This document shows positions 1 through 10,688 of a stretch of 64,000 bases of DNA, one piece after another. Within the stretch, counting starts at the first letter, position 1. The number at the start of each line of letters is the position of its first letter. The notes beneath the pieces are model-generated. The model was not told the origin of the DNA and ran no database searches. It saw only the letters and a list, made by a program, of their open reading frames with translations. The DNA lies in IMG/VR virus record IMGVR_UViG_3300025133_000023. One strand, given 5' to 3'. This DNA comes from a virus. The position numbers and the translations under genes are program-made.

Positions 1-5
1 CGACC

Positions 6-2168
6 TTAGACATTCGGCTCTCCTGCAGGAATCACTTCACATCCGCAAAATGGATGGTGAGGTGGAATTGAATCAATAGTAACAGTATCAAGACGTAGTG
101 TCAATTTAGAGAGCTCTACACACTCTTGACACGGATCTTGAGAACGAATCTCAAACCTAAGTGTCTCTACACCTTGAATCTTGTATGCTGCAATTCTACC
201 ACGACTGTATGCTGCTTTGCGTTCAGTAATGTAGATTGCATTGATACGATTCATGCTGATGTCCATTGCTGCCATGATTTCGCGGTTACTTTCTTCTGGA
301 TTAATACGACTAACATGACTTGAGATGTCGAAAGCTAAACGTCTAATTACAGAGTTAACACTACTCTCTACGGATCGAAGCTCATCGGTAAACTCGTGTT
401 CCCATCGATTTAATCCAGTAGAAGAAGCTCCATCTCTAAAGCGTGAAATAGCCAAGGTAATAAGTCTGTTGGCTGTGTCATTCTGCCATGCCTCGATGAC
501 CCCTTCAATCCAGCTAATAGGAGAGCCTACAACAATATGGTACTTCACATCCTTAAGAAGACTAGAGAAGGCATTAGAGATGAGATGGTCCTTAAAGGCT
601 ACCTTGGAGGGGAAACAAAGGGCTTCCTTCTTCTTAGCAGCCGCTGGTGCCCTGGGAAGCTGCGGCTTAGCCTTGATCTCTCTTTCCTTGTTCTTCTGCC
701 CAGCTTCAATGTCAGACTTCTCAATAGAGGTCATAGGGTTGACAGCAGCAGCACTAGCCATTGGGCTCGTTGCCATGCTTGCTTGCTTTAACATCTCTAA
801 GGGTTCTACATGTAGCTTAGCGAAGCTTAGTTCTCGTCGTTCGTCGTCAACTTCGAGTGCGTCAAATCCAACCATTTCACGAGCTTCATTCTCCATGATA
901 AGGTGTTTGGTGAAGATATCTGCTGCGTGCTCTTCCATTTTGATCTTCTTGTCGATGTCAATTTCTTTGAACACGAGTGAAGCATCATTGCCAGCCGCCA
1001 ACGGATCATAGTCAAACTTACCCTCTGCAAGAAGCTCATCTAGAATAAGGAACTTGAACTGACAAGCGAAGTCATTCTGAACAGCCTTTACTGTATCGAT
1101 TAACTGAATAGACAGCTGCGCTGCAGTTGCCTTGTTTGCAGTAGCTCCCTCACCAAAGTCAACAGCACTCATTCCAAGTCCAGCAAACACACGAAGCTTG
1201 AAGTGGGTAAGGTAGTTTTCTGCTCTAAGAGCTCTACCTTCACTGCCAATCAGTTCAATCTCGTGTCTCTCTGGAGTAACCAGTACACCCTCTGGGGGCA
1301 TGTAACTAATCTCAGAACGGACCACGTCAATCTCTGTAGAGCCATCTGGATATACTTGAGCCGGCCTGTCGGGAGTTCCTACCTTGTACTGGAATAGAGG
1401 GAATAGGTTTTGGTAGATAAGGAGGTCGATGTTTTCTTCAATACGACGTAAAGTCCGGATGTCATCGATGACAGGAGTTACCGTAGGAGTGCCTACGGCC
1501 CAACCGGCTTTCTTGTTAATGTAGAAATGAACGATATCGTTCTTAGGCCAAGTCTTCTTTCGACCGTCTTCCATTCGCTGCTGCACATGAGTAATGTGCC
1601 CCATGTTGTTTCTCTTAAACTCAATGGTCTCCATGGGAACATGGAAGTATGCAGCAACTGGCTCAACAATAGTAAAGGTTCCATTAGCCTTGAAGACTCT
1701 TCTAGGGAATCCACCAGAGGCTTTACGGTCTCTAGACTTAACCAGAATAGCATTGCTAAATCGGTTAAGGTCTCGACCAATATCTTTCTTGAGGTGAGCC
1801 CAGGGTTTTCCTTGCGCCCGTTGGGTCTGAGCTAGGCGTTTGTCAACATAGGTTTGGGTATCGGGGTTAATAGAGACAACCTTATACCCCTCCTTAAACA
1901 TAAGATTAGTCTTCTTCTCGACAGCACGGGCGAAGTATCCCTCTGCGTCTTCTGCAGACAAGATTTCATCAAAGTCATACTCTGCTGGCTCAAAACTAGA
2001 TCTGGATGATCCATCCTTATAGGCAAAGACTCGATTCCTTTGAAGAGGAATCTTTGCAATACGATTAGGAACATCAGGATTTGTTTCAGCTCTGTCTAGA
2101 CTAAGAAGCCTTTCAGATACTGTTCGAGTCCCGTTACGGTCTACTTGAATGTGTCTAATTTTTGCCAT
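6..2168 (-). CDS. Phage portal protein with C-terminal MuF/SPP1 gp7-like Cys motif
   Basis: 720 aa in the terminase cluster; portal-like core (HVQQRMEDG..DIVHFYINKKAGWAVGTP); C-terminus CQEC...PPHHPFCGC resembles the MuF PPxHPNCRC motif. Confidence 0.75.
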   Translation of the reverse strand: MAKIRHIQVDRNGTRTVSERLLSLDRAETNPDVPNRIAKIPLQRNRVFAYKDGSSRSSFEPAEYDFDEILSAEDAEGYFARAVEKKTNLMFKEGYKVVSINPDTQTYVDKRLAQTQRAQGKPWAHLKKDIGRDLNRFSNAILVKSRDRKASGGFPRRVFKANGTFTIVEPVAAYFHVPMETIEFKRNNMGHITHVQQRMEDGRKKTWPKNDIVHFYINKKAGWAVGTPTVTPVIDDIRTLRRIEENIDLLIYQNLFPLFQYKVGTPDRPAQVYPDGSTEIDVVRSEISYMPPEGVLVTPERHEIELIGSEGRALRAENYLTHFKLRVFAGLGMSAVDFGEGATANKATAAQLSIQLIDTVKAVQNDFACQFKFLILDELLAEGKFDYDPLAAGNDASLVFKEIDIDKKIKMEEHAADIFTKHLIMENEAREMVGFDALEVDDERRELSFAKLHVEPLEMLKQASMATSPMASAAAVNPMTSIEKSDIEAGQKNKEREIKAKPQLPRAPAAAKKKEALCFPSKVAFKDHLISNAFSSLLKDVKYHIVVGSPISWIEGVIEAWQNDTANRLITLAISRFRDGASSTGLNRWEHEFTDELRSVESSVNSVIRRLAFDISSHVSRINPEESNREIMAAMDISMNRINAIYITERKAAYSRGRIAAYKIQGVETLRFEIRSQDPCQECVELSKLTLRLDTVTIDSIPPHHPFCGCEVIPAGEPNV

Positions 2169-2171
2169 AGG

Positions 2172-3683
2172 TTATACGCTAGAAGCTTCAAGCTCTTCAA
2201 TCCAAGAGGCGACCTCTGTCTGAAGGCTATCGGGTACAGAGCCAATACATGTAGGAATAGTGTATGTCTGATTAAGGACAGGGTCATTCACAACTAGGGC
2301 ACCAGCTTCATTAATGTTAACGCTGAATACGTCGGGAATATCACCGACTTCAATGTCAGGAATTTCTTCAAGTACGGCAATCACATCTTCAGGAGATAAA
2401 GGCACCGTAGGGTCAGTACAAATCTCTTTATTCTGTAAGACCCTAATCATCGCTTCAATGAACACGATAAGACGAATGACTTCCGCAATCTGCAAAACTA
2501 AGTTCATTTTATCAGTCATTGCCTTCGTTAGCATCCCAATGATTGCTTGGCAACTTTTCTTCCAAATATCTGTGAGCTTTTTAATCTTTTGCTCAACACC
2601 CTTAAGCTGAGACAGCATTGTATCGAATGAGCTTAGGTCACCAATAGCATACTCTCGATTAATGTTTGACTCAAACCAGTCAGCAGCAATACGGGTAGCC
2701 TTAGCAGCCTTCTTTTCTGCATCGCTAACTGTGTTGCCAGCCTTATTGGCGGCTTGATTAGCTTTAGGTGTGGCTCCATCAATCTTCTTGATGTTCTTAT
2801 CGAGGACTTCAGGGGTATCCTTTCCAGCTAATGCAAGTGACTGAGCAGCTGTACTTCTTACTGCATCTCCGGCTTCTGCTTCATCGTTTTGATTTACAGG
2901 AATGAGGGTTCCCTTACTGAATCCATAATCTCCAGCCCCCATGGCGGGAGCTACATCAATCCCCAATGACATATCCTTAAAGGCGTCAAGGAACTGAAAG
3001 GCACATTCAAGTGGACCCAAAGCGATTGACCCAATTGCATCAAAGGAAATATAGGATAGAAGAAACATGGGAAATAACAACAACCCTACAAGGGCCATCA
3101 TATCAACCTCAAACTTAAGGCTTTTGATAATTATCTGGACAATCTGAAAACGCAAAGCGGCTAACATTAAGAGAAGGTCTTGCGGACAGAAGAACCTCAT
3201 GGCATCTACCATCATACAAAGCTCTTCCATGAACTTAGTCTTGTCCATAAGCTTGCTCATCTTGAGGATGAATGATTCAATAGCAGCAATAAGATCGTCA
3301 AACAGACTAAGGAAGCCGGGTTTGGGAAGGTTCTCTGAACAGAAGACTGTTCTCAGATCACAGCTCTCAAAACTAGGTAGCTTTGCATTAAAGCCGAAAC
3401 AGTCAGAGAAGGGATTGTTGGGGATAAGGTCTGTATCGATAGTTATCTCAGGAGTCTTAAATCCTGTAAAGGTTGTCCCTGCATCCTTCATAGCTTGAGC
3501 AGCCTCGTGCTGCTCTTGAACATCCCCAAAAACAGAAGCGAGCACAGACGTCTCATCTTCTCTTCCACGAGCCGATGCCTCATAGGCTTCTATAATTTGA
3601 AAGACATCAATCGAGGCAAAGGGAGCCTCCAGAATGAGGTCATCCTCTCTTTGTAGAAATTCTTCAATTGGGTTTGTGGGCAT
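2172..3683 (-). CDS. Hypothetical late-cluster (probably virion) protein
   Basis: 503 aa ORF coupled to the upstream gene by a TAATG overlap; no family recognised. Confidence 0.6.
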   Translation of the reverse strand: MPTNPIEEFLQREDDLILEAPFASIDVFQIIEAYEASARGREDETSVLASVFGDVQEQHEAAQAMKDAGTTFTGFKTPEITIDTDLIPNNPFSDCFGFNAKLPSFESCDLRTVFCSENLPKPGFLSLFDDLIAAIESFILKMSKLMDKTKFMEELCMMVDAMRFFCPQDLLLMLAALRFQIVQIIIKSLKFEVDMMALVGLLLFPMFLLSYISFDAIGSIALGPLECAFQFLDAFKDMSLGIDVAPAMGAGDYGFSKGTLIPVNQNDEAEAGDAVRSTAAQSLALAGKDTPEVLDKNIKKIDGATPKANQAANKAGNTVSDAEKKAAKATRIAADWFESNINREYAIGDLSSFDTMLSQLKGVEQKIKKLTDIWKKSCQAIIGMLTKAMTDKMNLVLQIAEVIRLIVFIEAMIRVLQNKEICTDPTVPLSPEDVIAVLEEIPDIEVGDIPDVFSVNINEAGALVVNDPVLNQTYTIPTCIGSVPDSLQTEVASWIEELEASSV

Positions 3684-4021
3684 TACTCTTCCTCGGGGGT
3701 CTCTTCTTCGGAAGCTTCATCGTCATCATCGTCAATCTCAACTAGGTCTTTGAATAGTTTAGTCCCATCCTTTCCAGTCTCAACGACATCCTTATAGAGA
3801 AGAGCTTTCGTCATAGCCTTGGCCCCGCTAAGAGTAAGGCGACCAACAGGAGCACCACCGGTAAAGCCGGATAGAAGATCTAGAACACGCTGAAGAAGAT
3901 CAAGGATGTCTTGCATGTCTTCCTTAGCAACAAAGTCTCGGCCTATTTTGGGGAACATTCTTTCGTACTGCTCCTCAAGCCCCTTCTTCTGCTGTCCACC
4001 CTGGTCTGGGGATCTTAACAT
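3683..4021 (-). CDS. Hypothetical protein, acidic C-terminus
   Basis: 112 aa, tightly packed in the minus-strand operon. Confidence 0.6.
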   Translation of the reverse strand: MLRSPDQGGQQKKGLEEQYERMFPKIGRDFVAKEDMQDILDLLQRVLDLLSGFTGGAPVGRLTLSGAKAMTKALLYKDVVETGKDGTKLFKDLVEIDDDDDEASEEETPEEE

Positions 4022-4025
4022 AGAC

Positions 4026-4622
4026 TTACTCCTCTTCCTTCTTCTTAAGTTTTGGGCATGGTGGCTCGCCCATCTCTTTCTTAAGGGTGGCTTCTAGCTC
4101 TTGTTTGCGAAGCTTTTGCCTTAAGTCGAGGGCTTGCTTATACATATCAAAAGTGATGATGTTTGTTTTCTTTCCATAGAGTCGAGCAATAGCTCTGCGA
4201 AGATTAACGTTCTTCTTAGTGTCAACACGAACATCAACCCCACCCGCAGCTCGGACCTTTTTGTCGATAATAGACCCTAGCTTATTTAAGGTTGCCTGAA
4301 GCTCAGTTGCCTTATCAATGCGAGCCCCCAGCTCTTTGCGGGTATCTTCTAAGTCCATATCTGTAATGTGGAGCTTAGAGTCATCAATGAATGAAAGTCC
4401 AGTTTCAGCATCCGTTACTCTAAAGGGACTGTCTGGGCCTAGAACGTCCGAGACAAGGAGCTTGTCTGGGGTAATAGGGTTGCCCTCACCATCCACACCA
4501 ACCCCAACCTCAAGGCCATTCTTGTCTATGGCTGTTCTTGACGATTTAGGAAGAGGTGTATCTTCTACTATACGAGAAATCTTCTGAAGGATCTCAAGTC
4601 CTTTGAGGGGATCAGAGGGCAT
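4026..4622 (-). CDS. Hypothetical late-cluster protein
   Basis: 198 aa, tightly packed in the operon. Confidence 0.6.
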   Translation of the reverse strand: MPSDPLKGLEILQKISRIVEDTPLPKSSRTAIDKNGLEVGVGVDGEGNPITPDKLLVSDVLGPDSPFRVTDAETGLSFIDDSKLHITDMDLEDTRKELGARIDKATELQATLNKLGSIIDKKVRAAGGVDVRVDTKKNVNLRRAIARLYGKKTNIITFDMYKQALDLRQKLRKQELEATLKKEMGEPPCPKLKKKEEE

Positions 4623-4625
4623 CTA

Positions 4626-5072
4626 TTATGTTCCTATGAGTCGCTGGCTACCAGATACAATCAGAGAGATATCGGCCTTAACCAGAGCTGGGGTAAGTCC
4701 AGGGACAACAACCCTTATATAAAAGGGGTAGTAGCCTGAGACATCTGCTAGAGCGGTATCTCCAATAGTTCCAACATTAGCGATGTTATTCCAAGCAATA
4801 GCGTCCCACTCTCTCTTGGTAGGACGCCTACTCCCTGCACTGACCTTAACCCCCCAGCCACTACCCCCCGGGCCTAGAAGGTCATTGCCTGTTGAGGGGT
4901 CACTGTCTTGAAACTGAACGGTAAGATCCTCATAGTAATGATTGGGATCATCGTTACGAAGATAGAGCAAAGTATCTACTGCCTCACCTAGGGTACCGTT
5001 ATGACTAGTCACAATGGTATTAGCAAAATCAGCGATCTTGATCTTTAAAGAGTCATAAATAGCTAAGGACAT
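4626..5072 (-). CDS. Hypothetical protein, probably structural (beta-rich)
   Basis: 148 aa, TAATG coupling to the upstream gene. Confidence 0.55.
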   Translation of the reverse strand: MSLAIYDSLKIKIADFANTIVTSHNGTLGEAVDTLLYLRNDDPNHYYEDLTVQFQDSDPSTGNDLLGPGGSGWGVKVSAGSRRPTKREWDAIAWNNIANVGTIGDTALADVSGYYPFYIRVVVPGLTPALVKADISLIVSGSQRLIGT

Positions 5073-5578
5073 TATCGGTTTCTTCCTGTCTCACCATGGT
5101 GGAACTGGGTATAGTGTTTCTTCCTACGACTACCGCCGCGCATAAAGCCAAAGGCTCCATAGGCTCCAACAAGAGCAGCTGCGTTTCGTCTAGGATTTTG
5201 AAATAGTTGACGGTTGCTGATTTGAGAAGTAATCGAGGCACGACTAGCTTGGTCGCTGGAGGGGATAAGCATTCTGGATTTCTTGAGTCCTCGAACGTTT
5301 CGCCTCATGGCTAGGCCTCCTATTCCGGCAGCGGCACCCCAGAAGGCTCCACCAGTAACGCCCGGGACAAGCCGTCTATCTCTGTCAACAACAGCAGTAC
5401 CTCCACCAATAGCAGCGCCAACTCCAGCACCAGCTAAGGCATGAAGCATGGCCACTCTAGTATCGACATTAAGACTTCTGGCTCCTCTAATAAGGCCAGC
5501 ACCTAGATTGGGTGTATTCTTAAGGTGACTCAAGGCTATTTCTGAGGCCTTCTTTACTCCTGCACCGATTCCGAGCAT
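5072..5578 (-). CDS. Gly/Ala-rich basic protein with hydrophobic segments
   Basis: 168 aa; GxxxG-rich hydrophobic stretches; TAATG coupling to terL. Confidence 0.55.
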   Translation of the reverse strand: MLGIGAGVKKASEIALSHLKNTPNLGAGLIRGARSLNVDTRVAMLHALAGAGVGAAIGGGTAVVDRDRRLVPGVTGGAFWGAAAGIGGLAMRRNVRGLKKSRMLIPSSDQASRASITSQISNRQLFQNPRRNAAALVGAYGAFGFMRGGSRRKKHYTQFHHGETGRNR

Positions 5579-8034
5579 TAGACTTTCCTCCTAGTGGGTT
5601 TGGAGCTGCTACGTTTCATTACTCGCGCTCCTGCACGAGAGAACCTTTGCTGAAGCTTAAACTTCCATTCGGTATCATTCTCAATGCCTGGACGGAGAGT
5701 CGTCACCTTACCGGTAACGGACTCACGAGGTTTCTTTTCAATAGCCCTGGATCTACTTCTAACTTCTCCTGAGCGCTCAAGAACCTTCTCCGCTTCTACC
5801 ATCTTAAGGTATTCGGGGTCATAACGCACGGCCAACCCACTATACCCTACAGCAGGGTTCCCGTCTGGCTGAAGGGGAACGTTTTGTCTAACCTCAGTTA
5901 GGATTCTGTCCCCTTGCTTTACTGTTCTAGTGTTGTGGTTTGAGCCAAACCCTTGAAGCTTGGCAATATTATTTGCAGCAGGCGCATTCATAGCAAAGGA
6001 TGTTCGCTCAAGCTTGTACGCAACTAGAGCCAGGTTGAGAGCATCAACACGGTGATCTCCAATCTTCTTATCGTTCTGTCCGTAGCGAGGAATACCGGTG
6101 ATTGACACGTTCTCCTTGATGTAGTTGAGGAGTTGGTTGTGCAAAGTCTTGTCTGTGAAGGGGAAGAAGATCAGACCGTTTTCGAACTGTCTAATAGAAT
6201 TCTCTACAAGGAAGGGCTTAGCGAGCGCCTTCTTCATTGTTCCCGTGTTGGGGTCTCTGAACTCAATCTTCTTAGAGAAGTCATAAGAGACAAGCTTATC
6301 TTCGATGTGTGCATCTGGACTGTTGGGATGAGTAACTTTAGCGTGCCTTGATGCGGCTTGCATATGTTCAATCTGCCCAACACCGTAACCAGCATCAACA
6401 TAGATGAACTGTGGATTCCAGTGCTTGTGAAGTTCGAAGATTCTCTGCTCTGCCTTGATCATCATCCAGTTCTGCTTAGGGATGTTGATAGCATCAACGA
6501 CAAAAACTCTCCCCACTTCATCCATACCGGTTACTACAATCTCTGTACCGGCATTGGAGTTCCAGTCAACCCCAATACTATATACCCATCTAGGCATAGG
6601 GCGACTAAGGTCAAGGGGCTTTCCATTCCATAGGAAGTTTGATTCACCATAGCCATAATTTACCTCTGCATTCCCCACATACTGAGGCTGATACACACCC
6701 ATCATCTGAGCAATAAAGTCACCCATGTACTCTTGCATGAAAGCATCGTGAGTCATGTCGATGGTGTTCTTAATATCATCCCAGTTATCTAGAACGGTAG
6801 AGGGGAAGTAAAACTCCTTGGTGTGGGGAGATTCTTTACACTCCTTATAGAACCACTCTCTCTTACCGCTGGGGGTTGAGGATGACCACATCTTTACATG
6901 TGGGTAGGTTAGGAGGATAGGCTCAATGGCCTTCCTAAGGTCGTTGGTTGGGATGTAGTCGACTTCGTCTGCGTAGATGAGGTCCGAGGACTGACCACGG
7001 ACCGTGGAGGCTTCCTGCTTCGACTGAGCGCCTGTGGTGAAACCCTTAACAACAGCAGTCTTCCCACCACCTAAATCAATCTCCAGTCTGTGGTAGGGAG
7101 TCTTGACATGCCTGGACTTCATCGCAAATAGATCATCATTACGCTGTAGTAGCTCGATGAGGTTATCAAAGATAAGTTCAATCTGAGACAAGAACGGACT
7201 AAGGATTAGAACGCTTCCGCCCCGATACTTCTTATCTCCCTGAGCATCTGTTCCGTCAGGGAACTGTACATTGAATAAGAAGTTGAGCATGTTCATTGCC
7301 ATGCCATATGTCTTGCCGGAACGTCGTCCCCATCTGAGGACCTTGTACTTGGCAGAGCATCGGTTAGATACTTCCTGGTGTGGCCTGAGCGTACGGGCTA
7401 AGAATTTCTGAGCCCACATGCTGGGGTCCATAGACGCAATAGCAAATTTCTTCTGCTCGTCGGTAAGGACATCGTCATAGTCAGGAGGTAGCCGATATTC
7501 CTTAGGAATGAAGTCACACTGAATCATGAAGCCCGTAAGGTCACTTTTCTTTACCCAACCCTTGGCGTGCTTGGTAATGACGGTGAATTCACTTTCACAC
7601 TCATCACACTTACGCTCCGTAAAGGAACGCTGGCTCATTGAAGCAAGCTTCTTATGTTCCTTGGGGTGACGCATGCAGGTCGCAATGTACCTACTTACGC
7701 TAACATTAAAGAGCTCACCCTTACGTTCGATAATGTCTACGTGCTGGTGCTTCTTTAGGGGGAGGGTTTTCTTTGTGAGGGCCTTGTCTCTATACAGGAA
7801 GGACTGAGAGTTCTTGATCTTCCATGTCGTTCGACTAGGGTACTTTTCAAGCTGACCGATTTGACACCCCAAACAAGCATTGTGGCAGTCGGTATTGATA
7901 TTGTACATCTCTGCATAGTCGGCTACTAGCTCCTGAGGAACAGGTCTGTAGTAGTCGATATAGGTGATTTCTCTACCTTCAACATCTGTGTAGCCATTGC
8001 CTACAAGAATATTATCGAAAAGTGGATGTGGCAT
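5578..8034 (-). CDS. terL: Terminase large subunit
   Basis: Walker A WGRRSGKT, Walker B LIYADEVD, coupling motif SSTPSG, nuclease acidic motifs IGVDWN, VDAGYG, DHRVDA; start refined to ATG 8034 (TAATG overlap with the upstream gene). Confidence 0.95.
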   Translation of the reverse strand: MPHPLFDNILVGNGYTDVEGREITYIDYYRPVPQELVADYAEMYNINTDCHNACLGCQIGQLEKYPSRTTWKIKNSQSFLYRDKALTKKTLPLKKHQHVDIIERKGELFNVSVSRYIATCMRHPKEHKKLASMSQRSFTERKCDECESEFTVITKHAKGWVKKSDLTGFMIQCDFIPKEYRLPPDYDDVLTDEQKKFAIASMDPSMWAQKFLARTLRPHQEVSNRCSAKYKVLRWGRRSGKTYGMAMNMLNFLFNVQFPDGTDAQGDKKYRGGSVLILSPFLSQIELIFDNLIELLQRNDDLFAMKSRHVKTPYHRLEIDLGGGKTAVVKGFTTGAQSKQEASTVRGQSSDLIYADEVDYIPTNDLRKAIEPILLTYPHVKMWSSSTPSGKREWFYKECKESPHTKEFYFPSTVLDNWDDIKNTIDMTHDAFMQEYMGDFIAQMMGVYQPQYVGNAEVNYGYGESNFLWNGKPLDLSRPMPRWVYSIGVDWNSNAGTEIVVTGMDEVGRVFVVDAINIPKQNWMMIKAEQRIFELHKHWNPQFIYVDAGYGVGQIEHMQAASRHAKVTHPNSPDAHIEDKLVSYDFSKKIEFRDPNTGTMKKALAKPFLVENSIRQFENGLIFFPFTDKTLHNQLLNYIKENVSITGIPRYGQNDKKIGDHRVDALNLALVAYKLERTSFAMNAPAANNIAKLQGFGSNHNTRTVKQGDRILTEVRQNVPLQPDGNPAVGYSGLAVRYDPEYLKMVEAEKVLERSGEVRSRSRAIEKKPRESVTGKVTTLRPGIENDTEWKFKLQQRFSRAGARVMKRSSSKPTRRKV

Positions 8035-8420
8035 TAAATGATGATTCCATCTAGGAGCGTTGTCGACTTTGTTGTGACGATATCTGTGCTTAGGCCTGAT
8101 CTGATAGAGTTCCACTCAGAAATAGGGACCTGTTCATACTGACTATACTTACCAAAGGGAAGGAGAAAGACAAGATCAATAATAGCAATCATGATCTGGC
8201 TACCAAGAAGGCCAACAATAGACAAAGTAATCTTCGCGTCTTCCTTTTTCCTAATTCCTGGCCTTGCTCCGGAGCGGGAGAGAAAACCTTTATTATCCCA
8301 AAGGATGAAGTCTACACTGTCAAACAAGTTAAAGACACTGGTAAAGGTAGTGATATGAGAAGCGTCGAACCTTCCCTCAATCATATGTCGAGTAATAATA
8401 GGGGCTGAAGTAACGGGCAT
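8034..8420 (-). CDS. Hypothetical protein
   Basis: 128 aa, TAATG-coupled on both sides. Confidence 0.55.
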   Translation of the reverse strand: MPVTSAPIITRHMIEGRFDASHITTFTSVFNLFDSVDFILWDNKGFLSRSGARPGIRKKEDAKITLSIVGLLGSQIMIAIIDLVFLLPFGKYSQYEQVPISEWNSIRSGLSTDIVTTKSTTLLDGIII

Positions 8421-9394
8421 TAGAATCCTCTCCTGTGCATGTACTGCGCCTCGTTGCCTAAGGCAGATCTAGCATTAAGATGAGAGCGCTGAATGGCCTG
8501 TACAGACATTTGCCTAGAGGTAAAGGCCCCTTTGGTGGAGAAGGCGGCTAGTGAGCTTGAAGTATTAATCCCAAGGCTTCTGTGCCCTGCATCAATATCC
8601 CTACTGGCACGACCCGTAGCAGCTGTTACATGCCCAATGCCTGCCATGACTGGAAGCATAGCTAGTGTCTGCATAGCAAAGGCTCTCGATCCAAGGAGAG
8701 CAGCTCTAGTCAAAGGACCCGCCGATCCGGCCGTGTAGCCTAGAGCAGCACTGCCAGCCTTGGTTGCCCAACCAGCCTTAGCGCTAGCCGCACCGCCAGG
8801 TATATGCCTAGCTCTAGCACCAGCACTAGCACTACCTTTAGCCCAGCTAGCCTTTGCTTTAGTCATCCCTCTGGTGTGCCCTAACTTCATCATAGTTCCA
8901 GCACCTGAGCCCTTAAAAGTTCTTCCTACCCCAGAGAATGCAGCAGAGAAGCCAACACTCATAGCTCCCCACTCTAGGCCTCCGCCAATAGCACCACCGA
9001 TTCCTCCCTCATTATATCCTGACTTAATGGAATGGCCCATAAATAGCCAGGACACAGCCGGAAGAGCCCTAAGCCCAAACCTTCCAGCTCCCTTGCCTAG
9101 AGCACTAGCCATTCCCCGTTTAGTGGTTGCTGCACCCCAGCCTTGCTTGAGCTTGCTAAGGTCCATAGCCCAGCCTCTTCTTCCACCGAAGAACTCCCAC
9201 CCTCTGCCAGTTTTGCTGAAACCATACTCAGCAGCAATACCATGCCCAACGGCACGGGCAAACCCACCTGGGGTTTTGCTATAGAACTTTTCGCGATGAA
9301 GTAGCTTTTCTTTAAGCTCACTTCTAGTGGGGCTACTCTTGCGCCCTGAATACAGCTCAAACTTTTCAGCAGGTCGGGGAGCTATATTAAACAT
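8420..9394 (-). CDS. Gly/Ala-rich basic protein, possible internal virion or ejection protein
   Basis: 324 aa; G/A-rich hydrophobic segments; position in the late cluster (function is inference). Confidence 0.5.
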   Translation of the reverse strand: MFNIAPRPAEKFELYSGRKSSPTRSELKEKLLHREKFYSKTPGGFARAVGHGIAAEYGFSKTGRGWEFFGGRRGWAMDLSKLKQGWGAATTKRGMASALGKGAGRFGLRALPAVSWLFMGHSIKSGYNEGGIGGAIGGGLEWGAMSVGFSAAFSGVGRTFKGSGAGTMMKLGHTRGMTKAKASWAKGSASAGARARHIPGGAASAKAGWATKAGSAALGYTAGSAGPLTRAALLGSRAFAMQTLAMLPVMAGIGHVTAATGRASRDIDAGHRSLGINTSSSLAAFSTKGAFTSRQMSVQAIQRSHLNARSALGNEAQYMHRRGF

Positions 9395-10686
9395 TAACCT
9401 TTCCTCCTATTATTCATGGCAAAGACTAAGTCTCCTGTAGCCCCCATGTGGCCTCCCTTTACTCTTCTTCCTGAGAAGGTAGGGTTAACTTGTTTACTAG
9501 TATCTCTTGGGGCTGCGGAATTAAGAATCTGTTGACGACTCATTTGATGATGTTGCATATACATCTGGTTCATTTGCATTGCCTTATTGGCTCCACTTTT
9601 TCCAATGCCTACCGTTGCTCCACCAATAGCCGTTACTGCAAGCATGGCCATCATCTTCCGTGGGTTGTTCGCCATCTTACCAACTGTCCATGCGCCAAGC
9701 CGTCCAAGCTTAGAACCACCAAGCCATTCAACACCACTAGCTACCCCTCGACCACCCTTGGCGGCTGTGTCGAAGATAGTATCAGCTCTGGTTGCGGGGT
9801 TCTGAACTTTTTTAAGAAAGTCATCCCCAGCAGGAAGGCCCTTTTCTGTTACCCAATCTGCGGCCCTACCAAAGGCTCCACTTTGGAAGCCCTTATGTAT
9901 TCCATAACCAGCAGCGCCTATTCCAGCTATTCCCAGTCCTGCAATAACAGGATGATCCCACATAGTAACCGCTAAACCAAAAGCAGCAGCTGTGCCAACA
10001 GCAGCAGCACCCGCCTTTCCGAGCCTCTTAGCCGCAGGAGAGGTAAAGGCTCCTTTGACCTTACCTGGAAGGAGGTCGGCATGATACCAAGCCCTGCCTT
10101 CTCCAGGGGAGTGCATTACTGGAGAGCTGAGCTTTGCCTTGCTTCCACCTTTTGCTCCAAAGTCTTCGCCCATTTCAACAACGCTAGACATGTTAGCCGC
10201 ACCTGGGCGTCTCTTGCTTCCACGCCACGGGTCTCGGCCTGCTGCTGTTGCTGCCTTAACGTCTCGAGTATGTCTTCGAAGGGATGTGTCGCGGGCCTCC
10301 CTATCCATAGCCATTGCCTGTTCGTACAGGAAGTCAAGACGAGCGCCACTGACTCTACCGAAGGGAAGGTTTCTCTTCTGCCGTACTCTCTTGTTGTGTA
10401 GTTTGTCAGCAAGGGTTCGGGCCTGGGATGGCGTTCTTCCTCGACCCTGAGTTCTTCCTCTAAAAGCTCCAAAAGCTTCAGCCCTACTTTCAGGACCCAT
10501 AGAGAATTTACCCATGGAAACCCTATACCCAGTTGCACCATGAATGGGGTCTAGGAGAGCTCCAGTTCCAACAAAGGTTATCCCCGAGCGGCGGCGCTGG
10601 CCAGCAGGACTAAGGGGATCTGTAGGATTACGCCTAGGCCTTTGCCGATCAAGGAATCGTTTTCTTTCGTCAAATGGGTTTGACAT
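9394..10686 (-). CDS. Gly/Ala-rich basic protein with two hydrophobic segments
   Basis: 430 aa; composition similar to its neighbours. Confidence 0.5.
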   Translation of the reverse strand: MSNPFDERKRFLDRQRPRRNPTDPLSPAGQRRRSGITFVGTGALLDPIHGATGYRVSMGKFSMGPESRAEAFGAFRGRTQGRGRTPSQARTLADKLHNKRVRQKRNLPFGRVSGARLDFLYEQAMAMDREARDTSLRRHTRDVKAATAAGRDPWRGSKRRPGAANMSSVVEMGEDFGAKGGSKAKLSSPVMHSPGEGRAWYHADLLPGKVKGAFTSPAAKRLGKAGAAAVGTAAAFGLAVTMWDHPVIAGLGIAGIGAAGYGIHKGFQSGAFGRAADWVTEKGLPAGDDFLKKVQNPATRADTIFDTAAKGGRGVASGVEWLGGSKLGRLGAWTVGKMANNPRKMMAMLAVTAIGGATVGIGKSGANKAMQMNQMYMQHHQMSRQQILNSAAPRDTSKQVNPTFSGRRVKGGHMGATGDLVFAMNNRRKG

Positions 10687-10688
10687 TA

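Noticed and set aside
7537-7839. Intein in the terminase
   Set aside because: No Cys/Ser start block, no terminal His-Asn plus nucleophile, no LAGLIDADG motif
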